Shown here one piece after another: positions 9,666 to 20,083 of a stretch of DNA of 55,633 nucleotides. Both the position numbers and the translations under genes were made by a program. The notes under the pieces are model-generated. The model was not told the DNA's origin and did no database searches. It saw only the letters and a list, made by a program, of their open reading frames with translations. Position 1 is the first letter of the stretch, and every line of letters starts with the position of its first letter. Source of the stretch: a virus (lineage: Duplodnaviria > Caudoviricetes); the IMG/VR virus record IMGVR_UViG_3300024239_000352, positions 1 to 55,633 of that record; one strand, 5' to 3'.

Positions 9666-10514
9666 ATGGCAATCGATCTAGAAGCAATCAAGCGACGTGT
9701 GGCAGAGCTCAGCGGTGTGAAGAAGACCTCATCTGTTCAGATGTGGAAGCCTGGCCTAGGTGAGTATAAGATTCGGTGTCTCCCTTGGAAGAATGCTGGG
9801 GAGGGACAACCTTTCATGGAGAGGTGGTTCTATTACATCGGCGAGAATGCAGGCCTCCTGGCACCAAACCAATTTGGTAAGCCTGATCCCATCAATGATT
9901 TGATTCGTAAGCTATACAGCAGCGGTAAGCCTGACGATAGGACACTAGCAAAGAAGTTGGCACCAAAGATGCGATGCTATGCCCCCGTCATCGTCCGCGG
10001 TGAGGAAGACAAGGGCGTTCAGGTCTGGGCATTCGGTAAGATCGTCTATCAACGCATGCTAGGTTTCTTCCTCGATGAGGAGGTCGGTGACATCCTCGAT
10101 CCATCACAGGGATTCGACCTCAAGGTTACCATCTCAAAGGCGCAGGGTAAGCAATTCAATGACACGATGGTCGATCCAGCTCGTCGACCTTCAAAGCTTC
10201 ATGAGGATCAAAAGGTTGCCTCAGGCTGGCTCGAGGCAATTCCTAATCTCGACGACATGTATCGTCTAAAGTCGACGCAGGAGATTGAGGCTGTTCTCAA
10301 CAATTGGCTTAACGGAGGAGTTCCGGATGAACCATCATCCGTTGAAGTGACACGAGGACCAGCTCCACCCGATGCGCTAGCTGATCTGGTTGCTGAGGTC
10401 AAAGGATCTCCTGAGAAGGTGGTCGCAGCAAAAAAGCCAAAGAAGGCCGATGACGAAGAACAGCCTAAGAAGAAGTCACTCGACGACGCTTTCGCTGATC
10501 TGATGTCAGACTGA
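9666..10514 (+). CDS. Single-stranded DNA-binding protein (T4 gp32-like)
   Basis: WKP..KIRCLP; VIVRGEEDKGVQVWAFGK; GFDLKV; acidic tail LDDAFADLMSD. Confidence 0.85.
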   Translation: MAIDLEAIKRRVAELSGVKKTSSVQMWKPGLGEYKIRCLPWKNAGEGQPFMERWFYYIGENAGLLAPNQFGKPDPINDLIRKLYSSGKPDDRTLAKKLAPKMRCYAPVIVRGEEDKGVQVWAFGKIVYQRMLGFFLDEEVGDILDPSQGFDLKVTISKAQGKQFNDTMVDPARRPSKLHEDQKVASGWLEAIPNLDDMYRLKSTQEIEAVLNNWLNGGVPDEPSSVEVTRGPAPPDALADLVAEVKGSPEKVVAAKKPKKADDEEQPKKKSLDDAFADLMSD

Positions 10515-10526
10515 TAGTCCTTGAAG

Positions 10527-10558
10527 AAGCGGCCGGAGGTAAATCTTCCGGCCGCTTT
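10527..10558 (+). terminator. Rho-independent terminator after SSB
   Basis: AAGCGGCCGGAGG-taaat-CTTCCGGCCGCTT followed by T. Confidence 0.8.
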
Positions 10559-10591
10559 GTACTATTTCCAATCAAGATAGGATAATTGAGT

Positions 10592-11779
10592 ATGGCAAGA
10601 AGAGAAAAAACAGAAGAAGCCGAAGTTTCAACCAAAAAGTCTGAAGTCGACAGCATGATGAAAGACCTAATCTCCTCTATCAATAAGGAATTTGGTCAGC
10701 GTATAGCTTACAACTTGTCTGAGATGGATGCTCCAACGGTTGTTAAGCGCTGGATTGATACTGGTTCAGTTCAACTAAACTATGCTATCAGAAACGCCAT
10801 GGAAGGTGGTTATCCTGAGGGCCGCATCATTGAGATCAGCGGCCTTCCTTCCTCTGGCAAGTCTCACCTTGCCTACCACGCCGCAGCTATGGTTCAACAA
10901 CAGGGCGGTCTTGTCGTTTATATCGACACAGAAAATGCCACTCCCGTTTCCAAGCTGGCAGACATGGGCGTCGATGTTCGCAAGCGATTTGTTTATTGCG
11001 ACTCACACTGCACAGAGGAGGTCTTCTCCATCATCGAGTCGACCATCGTAAAAGCAAAGCAGATCCTGGAGAAGAACATCCCCATCCTCGTCATCTGGGA
11101 CTCGGTGGCAGCAACATCACCCAAGGCCGAGCTGGACGGCGACTATGACCAAAACTCCATCGGTCTTCAGGCGCGTGCAATCTCAAAGGGCATGCGAAAG
11201 ATCACAGGTGTCATCGGTCAGAATAACGTGACGCTCCTCTGCATCAATCAGCTTCGTGATAACATCGGCGTTATGCATGGCGATCCAGCTACAACACCCG
11301 GTGGAAAGGCGATTCCATTCCATTCATCGGTCCGCATTCGCCTCGGCAGTGGTAATCAAGTCAAGGACAAGGCAGGTAATCCTATCGGTATCCACACAAC
11401 AGTCACCATCAAGAAGAACAAGGTTGCCGCCCCTTTCCGCAAGTGTGAGTTTGACATCATCTTTGGAAAGGGCATCGTTGAAGATGAATACCTCTTCGAT
11501 GAGGTCAGGTCACACTGCAAGGCAAATGGTCCTGTAAAGCGTGACGGCCTTGAGATCAACATTAGCGGCGAAGGAGCATGGAAGGAACTCACTGTCATGA
11601 GCACAAAGACAGGTGAGATGATTGTAGAAAAGAAGTTCTACAAGTCTGAATTCGGTGCAATGTTGAAGGATCAAAGCTACAGGAGCCACCTGTTGACGGC
11701 GATCGATGCGGCGTTGGTTGTTTCAGGTGGTGAACCATCTGGTGAAGGTGACGGAGAGGGAGGAATGTCAGATGAGTGA
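10592..11779 (+). CDS. recA: RecA/UvsX recombinase
   Basis: GRIIEISGLPSSGKS; YIDTE; IWDSVAA; INQLR; TPGGKAIPFHSSVRI; KNKVAAPF. Confidence 0.95.
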   Translation: MARREKTEEAEVSTKKSEVDSMMKDLISSINKEFGQRIAYNLSEMDAPTVVKRWIDTGSVQLNYAIRNAMEGGYPEGRIIEISGLPSSGKSHLAYHAAAMVQQQGGLVVYIDTENATPVSKLADMGVDVRKRFVYCDSHCTEEVFSIIESTIVKAKQILEKNIPILVIWDSVAATSPKAELDGDYDQNSIGLQARAISKGMRKITGVIGQNNVTLLCINQLRDNIGVMHGDPATTPGGKAIPFHSSVRIRLGSGNQVKDKAGNPIGIHTTVTIKKNKVAAPFRKCEFDIIFGKGIVEDEYLFDEVRSHCKANGPVKRDGLEINISGEGAWKELTVMSTKTGEMIVEKKFYKSEFGAMLKDQSYRSHLLTAIDAALVVSGGEPSGEGDGEGGMSDE

Positions 11780-12218
11780 TACATACGTTCTTTGGGTAAA
11801 CTATGAAATTGAAGACCCCGACCTGTTACCAAAGTACCAGACACAGGGTTCATCAGGTTGTGACCTACGCTCATCAATCGATGCGGTCATTCCTGCCGGA
11901 AAGAGACAGATGGTACCCACTGGCCTAAAGGTAGAAATACCTGTAGGCTTCGAAGGTCAGGTACGACCTCGCAGCGGTTTGGCGGCAAAGCACGGCATCA
12001 CTGTCCTAAACACACCAGGAACAGTTGACTGCGACTACCGAGGTGAGATAAAGGTCATCCTGTTGAACACAAGTGACGAAGATTTTATCATCAAAAAAGG
12101 TGATAGGATTGCACAGCTCGTTTTTTCTCAGGTTTTTCGTGCCATCTTCAAGAAGGAAGAAGCGTTGACTTCAACTGAACGTGCTGAAGGAGGATTTGGT
12201 TCTACAGGAAGAGCTTGA
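11772..12218 (+). CDS. dut: Trimeric dUTPase
   Basis: GCDL, RPRSGLA, GTVDCDYRGE, RIAQL, RAEGGFGSTG motifs. Confidence 0.95.
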   Translation: MSDTYVLWVNYEIEDPDLLPKYQTQGSSGCDLRSSIDAVIPAGKRQMVPTGLKVEIPVGFEGQVRPRSGLAAKHGITVLNTPGTVDCDYRGEIKVILLNTSDEDFIIKKGDRIAQLVFSQVFRAIFKKEEALTSTERAEGGFGSTGRA

Positions 12219-13019
12219 TTAGCGACCTGTGGGAGCTTCATCGGGTGCGGTAGGGGATGAAGCTCCTGTTTTCTTCGCATCCACTGCTGGGGTCTTTGGA
12301 TAATGTGTTGCTGCAACATCCTCAGTGTATCCATAATCAAGAATTACGGCCCGCCCATCAGGCGTCTTGCCCCAGTGGTCTAAAACGGTTAGATCTGCTG
12401 ACATTAGTTTATTCGAACCTTTTTCGGCCTCTCCGGGCGCAGAATGTTTCGCGGTCGACGATGAATTTCCTAACTTTAGTTTATTCGAACCTCTTTCGGC
12501 CATATCGTAAACTTTCTTTGTGAATTCATGGGCCCCGCTGGGTAAGGACATCTTATTTTTTCTGGCGAATGTTGACACTGACGCTGTCAAATCTTGAACG
12601 AATTCCTGCCAATCGACTCCGGTTAGGCTTTTGAATTCATTCGTCGATGTAATAGGTTTTACTAGGTCTGAGATGACCCATTTTCCTTCCTTGTCAGCGT
12701 CATAAATTCTGGCCGCCACGTCGGCCGACGTGGGTTCTGCGTATACCTCTACTTCAGCTTTGTTTTGAGCGATGCCTTTTTCATTCCTGGCAATCTTTAA
12801 GACTTTCTTTGATGACAAAACGAATGCGATTCTTGAGCTACCTTGACCTAATGGCTCTAGATAATTCATCGCATAAGCTTGCATGATTGATTCATTTGGC
12901 AGAGATCTAAAATCTTTTAGATCGAAACGCCGACCGCCAAAACGGGTTTTTATCTTTCTCTTTGAACGAATTTTTTCTACTATCAATTGAAGATATTCCT
13001 GTAACAGCTCGTGATTCAT
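12219..13019 (-). CDS. Protein-kinase-like (APH/STK fold) protein with N-terminal LQEYLQLIVE tag
   Basis: LGQGSSR glycine loop; VLKIA lysine; QNKAE; DL...HWG; ILDYG. ATAATTA upstream on the minus strand. Confidence 0.7.
   Translation of the reverse strand: MNHELLQEYLQLIVEKIRSKRKIKTRFGGRRFDLKDFRSLPNESIMQAYAMNYLEPLGQGSSRIAFVLSSKKVLKIARNEKGIAQNKAEVEVYAEPTSADVAARIYDADKEGKWVISDLVKPITSTNEFKSLTGVDWQEFVQDLTASVSTFARKNKMSLPSGAHEFTKKVYDMAERGSNKLKLGNSSSTAKHSAPGEAEKGSNKLMSADLTVLDHWGKTPDGRAVILDYGYTEDVAATHYPKTPAVDAKKTGASSPTAPDEAPTGR
12404..12501. repeat. 26-bp direct repeat pair 72 bp apart inside the kinase gene
   Basis: TTAGTTTATTCGAACCT(T/C)TTTCGGCC at 12404 and 12476. Confidence 0.85.
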
Positions 13020-13084
13020 ATCGTTAATTATTCCTCAATTTTGCATGGTTGTACTAGGTAGTCAGTTTGTGTATAAATGAATTT

Positions 13085-14056
13085 ATGACATCACAACGTC
13101 CTGTTCTGATCATAGATGGACAAAACCTATTCATTAGATCATGGGCGGCTTATCCTCAGATGTCGTCTCATGGCTATCAGATGGGGGGTTGCATTGGATT
13201 TCTCAAGACTCTTCGTAGAATCGTGAATGAGTTGCAACCCTTGAAGATCTGTGTCGCTTGGGAAGGCGGCGGCTCCCAGAGAAGAAGGGCGATATATTCT
13301 GACTATAAGCTTGGTCGACGACCTGAAAAGTTAAACCGTTTTTACGGTGATGACATTCCTGATTCTGAAGAGAATAGAAAGCACCAGTTGGTCTCTCTGT
13401 TGGAGATGTTGAAGTTTGCGCCCGTTTGTCAGATTTATGCTTCTGACTGCGAAGGTGATGACATCATCGCTTACCTTTGCAAAGGTCCATATGTTCGTGA
13501 CAATAAGGTTATCGTCTCATCGGACAAAGACATGTATCAACTACTCGATGACAAAACCTACATTTACTCCCTTCACAAGAAGAAGGTATTGACTAATGAT
13601 GACATATTTGAAGAGTACAGGATCAGACCTCACAATTTCGCTATGGCGAAATCTCTATGTGGCGACGACGGCGACAACATTCCTGGCATCAAAGGGTTAG
13701 GTTTCAAGACAGTTGCAAAAAAATTTCCTTTTTTAGGTGGTGACTCTGAGATATTGCTCGAGGACGTCATTTCTTTTTGTCAAGCACACATCTCAGAGTC
13801 GACAGCATACAGACGTGTCGTCGATTGCAAGGCAGACCTGGAAAGAAATTGGAGGCTGATTTACCTCGATGGCAGCATGCTCTCTGCCTCACAAGTTTCC
13901 AAGGTGCAACATGCGATAGATACATTCAGACCCAAGGTTAATAAGATTGGCCTTATCAAGTCTTTAGTAAAAGAAGGAATAGGTGATTTTGACGCCGAGT
14001 CGTTCTTCTACGCATTCAACTGCGTCGAAGGTCTCAGCTTTGGAATCGGAGAATAA
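13085..14056 (+). CDS. 5'-3' exonuclease / flap endonuclease (T4 RNase H-like)
   Basis: LIIDGQN; YKLGR; EGDDIIA; SSDKD; GDDGDNIPGIKGLG. Confidence 0.92.
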   Translation: MTSQRPVLIIDGQNLFIRSWAAYPQMSSHGYQMGGCIGFLKTLRRIVNELQPLKICVAWEGGGSQRRRAIYSDYKLGRRPEKLNRFYGDDIPDSEENRKHQLVSLLEMLKFAPVCQIYASDCEGDDIIAYLCKGPYVRDNKVIVSSDKDMYQLLDDKTYIYSLHKKKVLTNDDIFEEYRIRPHNFAMAKSLCGDDGDNIPGIKGLGFKTVAKKFPFLGGDSEILLEDVISFCQAHISESTAYRRVVDCKADLERNWRLIYLDGSMLSASQVSKVQHAIDTFRPKVNKIGLIKSLVKEGIGDFDAESFFYAFNCVEGLSFGIGE

Positions 14057-14057
14057 A

Positions 14058-15467
14058 ATGCTAGAAAATGACAAGACAAGCAACGGCGCAAAGCAAACGT
14101 TCGGTACATATGGAAAATCTTTTCAAGAAAAGATTGGTCAGGCATTACTGACCGATCCGAAGTGGGCCGAACAGATGATGGAGGTCTTTGATTCTTCGTA
14201 TTTTGAGCTGAAGTACCTACAATTCCTTGCTGACAGGTATTTTTCATATTCAAAGAAGTACAAGGTGTTCCCAACGTTGCAGCTTCTTGTCACTATCATT
14301 AGAGAAGACCTAAAGGTAGGAACCGACATTATTCTTCGTGATCAAATCATTGAGTACCTTCAGCGAATGAAGGCGAATCCTGACCCAGGTGACCTTCAGT
14401 TCGTCAAGGAAAAGTCTTTGGAGTTCTGCAGAAAGCAGGCCCTCAAGAAAGCCCTTGAAGATGCCGTTGATCAAATGCAGGCCAATAAATACGAATCCAT
14501 CGTCGAATCGATTCGAAAAGCTGTTCAGGTTGGTACCGCCCCTTCAGTTGGTCACGACTTCTTCAATGAGATGGATGCCAGGTTCACCCGCTTGAAGCGG
14601 GACACCATTCCGACAGGTATTCCTGATCTTGACAAGAAAGAAATCCTCAACGGCGGGTCAGGCAAGGGAGAGCTGCTCTGCGTCGTTGGTGGTAGCGGTT
14701 CAGGCAAATCCCACTGGCTTACAATGATTGGGGCAAACGCCCTTCGGGAAGGAAAGAATGTTCTTCATTACACCTTTGAGCTGTCTGAAACAGCTGTCGG
14801 TATTCGCTACGATTCGAACCTTTGTGACATGGATTCAAACGAGGTCATGGACCACAAGGACGAGATCGTTGAAAAATACAAGAACATGAAGCTTGGTCGT
14901 CTATTCATCAAGGAGTATCCAACTAATACTGCCTCAGTTTTTACAGTCAGATCACACATTGAAAGGCTTGACCTCAAAGGATTCAAGCCCGATATCGTCA
15001 TCATTGATTACGCCGACATCATGAGGTCTTCACGACAATTCGATTCTCTTCGACACGAGCTCAAGTTAGTATATGAAGAGCTTAGAGGTCTGGCCATGGA
15101 AATAGGCATTCCAATCTGGACAGCTTCACAGTCCAACAAGGAAGGTGCCAATGCTGAAGTCATTGACATGACCAACATGTCTGAAGCATATGGTAAGGCC
15201 ATGATCTGTGACTTCATCATCTCAGTCTCTAGGCGTGCCCACGAGAAGGCCAGCGGATGGGGTCGACTTTTCGTGGCAAAGAATCGTGCTGGCCGCGACG
15301 GTCTCGTCTACCCAGCCAAGATCAATACAGCACAGAGTAAATTTGAGATTACGGGTTCAGCCGATGCACCTGAAGAGATAGCTGCCACCGATGAAGCAGA
15401 GCAGAAGAAAGCCTTACGCGCGAAGTGGAGGGAACTTAAGTCGGAATTTACCCCCAACAAATCATGA
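14058..15467 (+). CDS. DnaB-like (T4 gp41-like) replicative helicase
   Basis: GGSGSGKS Walker A; YTFEL; IIDYAD; WTASQ; KNRAG. Confidence 0.92.
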   Translation: MLENDKTSNGAKQTFGTYGKSFQEKIGQALLTDPKWAEQMMEVFDSSYFELKYLQFLADRYFSYSKKYKVFPTLQLLVTIIREDLKVGTDIILRDQIIEYLQRMKANPDPGDLQFVKEKSLEFCRKQALKKALEDAVDQMQANKYESIVESIRKAVQVGTAPSVGHDFFNEMDARFTRLKRDTIPTGIPDLDKKEILNGGSGKGELLCVVGGSGSGKSHWLTMIGANALREGKNVLHYTFELSETAVGIRYDSNLCDMDSNEVMDHKDEIVEKYKNMKLGRLFIKEYPTNTASVFTVRSHIERLDLKGFKPDIVIIDYADIMRSSRQFDSLRHELKLVYEELRGLAMEIGIPIWTASQSNKEGANAEVIDMTNMSEAYGKAMICDFIISVSRRAHEKASGWGRLFVAKNRAGRDGLVYPAKINTAQSKFEITGSADAPEEIAATDEAEQKKALRAKWRELKSEFTPNKS

Positions 15468-15528
15468 CAATCAGCAACTTTTGAAGTATAGTTATCAACC
15501 TCAAGTAAACCAAAAAGCGGAGATCAAG

Positions 15529-18111
15529 ATGAACACGTTCACATACAACGAAGCATACGAAGCGTCTTTAAAGTACTTCAACGATGACGAGCTTGCTGCC
15601 TCAGTTTTCGTGTCGAAGTACGCCTTGCGTGACAGCGAAGGAAACATTCTTGAAAAGACTCCAACAGACATGCACCTCCGCCTCGCCCGTGAGTTTGCTC
15701 GAATCGAAGCGAAGTATCCTAATCCGCTTTCTGAAAAAGAAATCTTTTGTCTTCTTGCTGATGTCGATCACATCGACATTTCTGAGCGTGCCGTGATGAC
15801 CTTAGAGCAACTTGCCTCGGCGTCACGCGGTGTTGGTGCGGTTGTTCCGCAGGGGTCTCCTATGTCCGCCATGGGCAATCCATATAAGCTGCAGTCTCTT
15901 TCAAACTGCTTCGTCATTGCATCACCTCAGGATTCTTATGGAGGCATTCTTTTTGCCGATCAGGAGCAAGCGCAGATCATGAAGCGGCGCGGGGGCGTCG
16001 GTTTCGACGTTTCGACTATTCGTCCGAAGGGGATGTTGACGGCCAACGCCGCAGGAACAACCGATGGCATCGGTGTCTTCATGGAACGTTTCTCCAACAC
16101 CTGCCGTGAGGTGGCGCAAGGAGGTCGTCGTGGTGCATTGATGCTTACGATCTCGGTGATGCACCCAGAGGTAGAGACCTTCATCAACATTAAGAGGGAC
16201 CTGAAGAAGGTAACAGGTGCAAACATCTCAGTTCGTCTCACCGACGAGTTCATGAATGCGGTCAAGGCTGATTCTGACTTCACGCTACGTTGGCCGGTTG
16301 AATCCTCAGTTGAGGAGGCTAAGGTCACCAAGGTCGTCAAGGCCCGGGAGATCTGGAGTCAAATCATCGATGCAGCCTGGACATCAGCCGAACCCGGCCT
16401 TCTCTTCTGGGACACAGTCAAGAAGATGACGCCCACTGAAGCGTACGCTTCAAAGGGCTATGCAAACGTCTCCACCAATCCATGTGCAGAACTCATCCTT
16501 AGCCCATATGACTCTTGTCGTCTGCTCCTCGTTAACCTCGCAAAGTTCGTTAAGGACACATATCTTCCTACAGCGTCGTTTGACTTCGATAGGTTCAAGA
16601 AGGTCTCAGCGAAGGCGCAGAAGCTGATGGATGACCTCGTCGACCTTGAGATCGAGGCAGTTGATGCAATCCTTGCAAAGATTGAAGCAGACCCAGAGTC
16701 ACCCGACGTCAAGCTTTCCGAGGTTAATCTTTGGAAGAAGATTCGGACAGCGGCAAGCGGAGCACGTCGAACTGGTCTTGGCATCACAGGAATTGGTGAT
16801 GCATTGGCATCGATCAATGTTGTTTATGGCACTCCGGAGTCGGTGAGCAAGACCGAAGAAATCTACAAGACATTAGCTCTTTCTGCCTATCGATCATCAG
16901 TTGATATGGCCAAGGATCGTGGTTCATTCCCGGTCTATGATTGGCAGCTTGAAAATGATAGCCCATTTTTGCAACGCCTCATGGAGGCTGACAAGGGTCT
17001 TTTCGTTGACTGGATGAAACATGGTCGTCGAAACATCGCCCTTCTTACTACAGCACCGGCAGGATCAGTCTCTTGCCTCACACAAACCACAAGTGGCATC
17101 GAACCCGCATATCTTCTTTCCTACACCCGTCGTAAGAAGATCAATCCAAACGATACGGCATCTCGAGTCGATTTCGTAGATCAACTCGGTGACAAGTGGC
17201 AGGAGTACAAGGTCTACCACCACGGCTTCAAGAGGTGGATGGATGCCACAGGCAAGACCGATGAACAGATTGCCGAGTCTCCGTACTGGAAGGCAACAAG
17301 CAATGACGTTGACTGGACCATGTCTGTCAAGCTACAAGCCGCCGCACAAAAGTGGGTCTGTCATGCCATCTCCAAGACGTGCAACCTTCCTAATGACGTA
17401 ACTCGTGAGGTTGTTGCAGACGTCTACATGACCGCATGGGAGGCAGGTTGCAAGGGATTCACAGTTTACCGCGATGGTTGCCGCACAGGTGTCCTAGTCC
17501 AGGATCCACCGAAGGAAGAAAAGAAGGCAGTCGATGACCAACCCGAGACCATGGTAGAAAACCACGCTCCAAAGCGCCCGAAGGAACTACCATGTGATAT
17601 TCACAGAATAAATGTGAAGGGTTCTGAGGGTCAGGAATCATACCTCGTCCTCGTCGGCAAGCTCGAGGACAAGCCCTACGAGATCTTCTGCGGCCTATCA
17701 TCACATGTTGAGGTACCGAAGAAGGTCAAGAGCGGACTCCTTGTCAAGAACGGTAAGAAGGATGGCGTTGCGACATACAACCTTCAGATCCCCCTCGGCG
17801 ACGATGATCAACTTGTCTTCAAGGACATCGTTGAGCTATTCTCCAACCCAAATCATGGTGCCTTCACAAGGTCACTTTCACTCGCACTTCGCCACGGTGT
17901 TCCTGTTCAATATGTCGTTGAACAGCTCCAGAAGGACAAACTCAGCGACATGCAGAGCTTCTCTAGGGTCCTTGCAAGGGTGCTGAAGGGATACATTCCT
18001 GATGGTGTCAAGTCAACGTCTGACAAGGTTTGCCCTGAATGTACGTCTAATTCTCTTGTCTACAAGGAAGGTTGTGTAACTTGCGCATCGTGTGGCTGGA
18101 GTAAGTGTTGA
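15529..18111 (+). CDS. nrdJ: Class II (B12-dependent) ribonucleotide reductase
   Basis: LSNCFV; GGRRGA; TNPCAE; APAGS; SGIEP; ISKTCN; KGFTVYRDG; C-terminal CPEC..CASCGWSKC; no beta subunit adjacent. Confidence 0.92.
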   Translation: MNTFTYNEAYEASLKYFNDDELAASVFVSKYALRDSEGNILEKTPTDMHLRLAREFARIEAKYPNPLSEKEIFCLLADVDHIDISERAVMTLEQLASASRGVGAVVPQGSPMSAMGNPYKLQSLSNCFVIASPQDSYGGILFADQEQAQIMKRRGGVGFDVSTIRPKGMLTANAAGTTDGIGVFMERFSNTCREVAQGGRRGALMLTISVMHPEVETFINIKRDLKKVTGANISVRLTDEFMNAVKADSDFTLRWPVESSVEEAKVTKVVKAREIWSQIIDAAWTSAEPGLLFWDTVKKMTPTEAYASKGYANVSTNPCAELILSPYDSCRLLLVNLAKFVKDTYLPTASFDFDRFKKVSAKAQKLMDDLVDLEIEAVDAILAKIEADPESPDVKLSEVNLWKKIRTAASGARRTGLGITGIGDALASINVVYGTPESVSKTEEIYKTLALSAYRSSVDMAKDRGSFPVYDWQLENDSPFLQRLMEADKGLFVDWMKHGRRNIALLTTAPAGSVSCLTQTTSGIEPAYLLSYTRRKKINPNDTASRVDFVDQLGDKWQEYKVYHHGFKRWMDATGKTDEQIAESPYWKATSNDVDWTMSVKLQAAAQKWVCHAISKTCNLPNDVTREVVADVYMTAWEAGCKGFTVYRDGCRTGVLVQDPPKEEKKAVDDQPETMVENHAPKRPKELPCDIHRINVKGSEGQESYLVLVGKLEDKPYEIFCGLSSHVEVPKKVKSGLLVKNGKKDGVATYNLQIPLGDDDQLVFKDIVELFSNPNHGAFTRSLSLALRHGVPVQYVVEQLQKDKLSDMQSFSRVLARVLKGYIPDGVKSTSDKVCPECTSNSLVYKEGCVTCASCGWSKC

Positions 18112-18130
18112 TGAATACTTATCGCAGACA

Positions 18131-18424
18131 ATGAAAGTCAACGACAAACAAATAAGAAAAGTAATAAAAGAGGAGCTTGCTAGAGGCATACCTGATTATG
18201 CCTTTGTGAGACCCGTTGAGAATGCTGTTGATTTATTAGTGAACGACTTGATTAAATGTCTCGTTGCTCACATCAATCAAACTTCACGAGATCCTCAGGC
18301 AAGAAACGCAAGATATGCTGCCGCCAACAGAATAGCGGCAGCGTTGCGTCGTGACCGTGAATTTACGAAAGTAATAGAAGATAAGTTAAAAGAGAAGCTT
18401 CTTATATTTTTTGATGAAGTATAA
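18131..18424 (+). CDS. Hypothetical late protein with IRKVIKEE tag
   Basis: ORF; ATACTTA at 18115. Confidence 0.7.
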   Translation: MKVNDKQIRKVIKEELARGIPDYAFVRPVENAVDLLVNDLIKCLVAHINQTSRDPQARNARYAAANRIAAALRRDREFTKVIEDKLKEKLLIFFDEV

Positions 18425-18475
18425 AAGATTACGCTGCTTATACTTGTATGCTTACTAGGCATATAATGCAATAAT

Positions 18476-19138
18476 ATGCCCTCCAACTCAAATAAAGTTG
18501 AGCTTATAGGAATTTATGGATCAGACGACATTCATGCCATGTCAGCCTGGACATCCACTTCACGTGATCTAACTAACGACAAGAAGAATAGAATTCCTTC
18601 TTTATTAAAGATGTTAGCTGAAAATGGACATGAAACACCATTTGAGAAATCTTCTTTACATTTTCTTGTGACGTCTGATATCAGCTCACACATCCATTTG
18701 ATTAAACACAGAATTGGTGTTTCTGTCAATGCTGAATCTGCGAGATACAAGGAGCTGAAGGATGACAAGTATTACGTCCCATGTGACTGGGATGATGAAG
18801 AAATGCAGGAATACACTCAGCATATGGAAGAAAGCCTTAAAAGATATCACACGGTGTTAAATCGATTGGTAGCCAAAGGCTTTTCAAGAAAAAGGGCAAA
18901 AGAGTCAGCCAGGCTATATCTTCCATACGGAAATCAACTAACAGCTGACGTCATGTTTAATTTTAGAAGTTTTTATCATTTCTTAAAATTAAGATATTCT
19001 GAGCATGCTCAGCTTGAAATTAGAAATATAGCAAGAGACATGCTATATTTGGTGCATGAGACAGGCAAATTTTCTCACACTCTGTCTGCTTTTAACCTTG
19101 TCATAAATGATCGACCTAGGCAACCTTTTGATTCTTGA
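18476..19138 (+). CDS. thyX: Flavin-dependent thymidylate synthase (near-canonical copy)
   Basis: GHETPFE; KHR..SVNAESARY; ESARLYLP; NFRSFYHFLKLR..HAQLEIR. Confidence 0.92.
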   Translation: MPSNSNKVELIGIYGSDDIHAMSAWTSTSRDLTNDKKNRIPSLLKMLAENGHETPFEKSSLHFLVTSDISSHIHLIKHRIGVSVNAESARYKELKDDKYYVPCDWDDEEMQEYTQHMEESLKRYHTVLNRLVAKGFSRKRAKESARLYLPYGNQLTADVMFNFRSFYHFLKLRYSEHAQLEIRNIARDMLYLVHETGKFSHTLSAFNLVINDRPRQPFDS

Positions 19139-19147
19139 TGTGAGTAG

Positions 19148-19753
19148 ATGTCAATGGCGAAGTTCATAGTAATTGAAGGACCTGATAGAGTCGGTAAAGC
19201 TACGCAGTGCAAGCTTCTTCATGATTATTTTACAAAATCAGGACTAAAATCAAAGGTAATCGAGGTGCCTGTTCATGACAATTTTACATACAACGTAATT
19301 TATTGGATGCTTGGAAATGGTTTAGCAAAAAAATTCCCAAAGATATTTCAGGTTACGCAGCATTGTAATAGGCACTTATTCCAATGGCAAAGTCTAAAAA
19401 AGCTAGATCATGATTATGATTATCTGATAATGGATAGGTGGAGTCTATCAACTGTCATCTATGGTGCAGCCAGCGGCGTGAATACAAATTTTACTGAAAA
19501 TCTATATAGGATGTTACGTGAGCCTGATCATACGATTGTGCTGTTAGGCAAAGCACACCAGCATGTTGCTGAAGACGTCTATGAAAAAGACACAGAGCTG
19601 CAACTAAAAGTAAAAGAGTTGTATCGTCAATGGGCAGAATCCCGACCAGGAAAAACCACGATTATAGATTGCAATGATTCACGTGAAAAGATTTTTGACA
19701 ACATAATTGATTGTCTTTTAGATGTTGATGTTATTGAAATGAGGAAAATATGA
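19148..19753 (+). CDS. tmk: Thymidylate kinase
   Basis: IVIEGPDRVGKAT; IMDRWSLS; adjacent to thyX. Confidence 0.85.
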   Translation: MSMAKFIVIEGPDRVGKATQCKLLHDYFTKSGLKSKVIEVPVHDNFTYNVIYWMLGNGLAKKFPKIFQVTQHCNRHLFQWQSLKKLDHDYDYLIMDRWSLSTVIYGAASGVNTNFTENLYRMLREPDHTIVLLGKAHQHVAEDVYEKDTELQLKVKELYRQWAESRPGKTTIIDCNDSREKIFDNIIDCLLDVDVIEMRKI

Positions 19754-20010
19754 GCTATAAAATTTCAGATGCCGTTGCTATGCGTATGATTCAAATTTTT
19801 CAAGAGGCTTTGCTTCTAGGAGTTGACGGTGCAGATTTGATGCGTCAAGTCAGGCTTGTCGTTTCGCCTGAAGACGCTGGTGTGCTTACTCTTGACCCTC
19901 AGTACGAGAAGCAAGTGTTTGATATGCATCAAAAATACCTTGAAGAAGCAGAAGCTCTTAAGTCAAAGTTAGACGATCAAAGCATAGTCAAATTAACATT
20001 TGATAATTAA
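19750..20010 (+). CDS. Hypothetical protein
   Basis: 86-aa ORF with ATGA overlap and SD GAGGA. Confidence 0.75.
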   Translation: MSYKISDAVAMRMIQIFQEALLLGVDGADLMRQVRLVVSPEDAGVLTLDPQYEKQVFDMHQKYLEEAEALKSKLDDQSIVKLTFDN

Positions 20011-20011
20011 A

Positions 20012-20083
20012 ATGAACTGGTATATTCTTTCTTTGTGTCTTCTTGTCATGATTGTTAGATTGCTTCTTCCTCCAAAAGATTAA
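20012..20083 (+). CDS. Putative 23-aa hydrophobic microprotein MNWYILSLCLLVMIVRLLLPPKD
   Basis: Small ORF absent from the track; single TM-like stretch; ATAATTA at 20003. Confidence 0.35.
   Translation: MNWYILSLCLLVMIVRLLLPPKD

Noticed and set aside
12404-12501. Repeat-spacer-repeat resembling a mini CRISPR array
   Set aside because: Only two copies, in frame within a coding gene, and no cas genes or leader.
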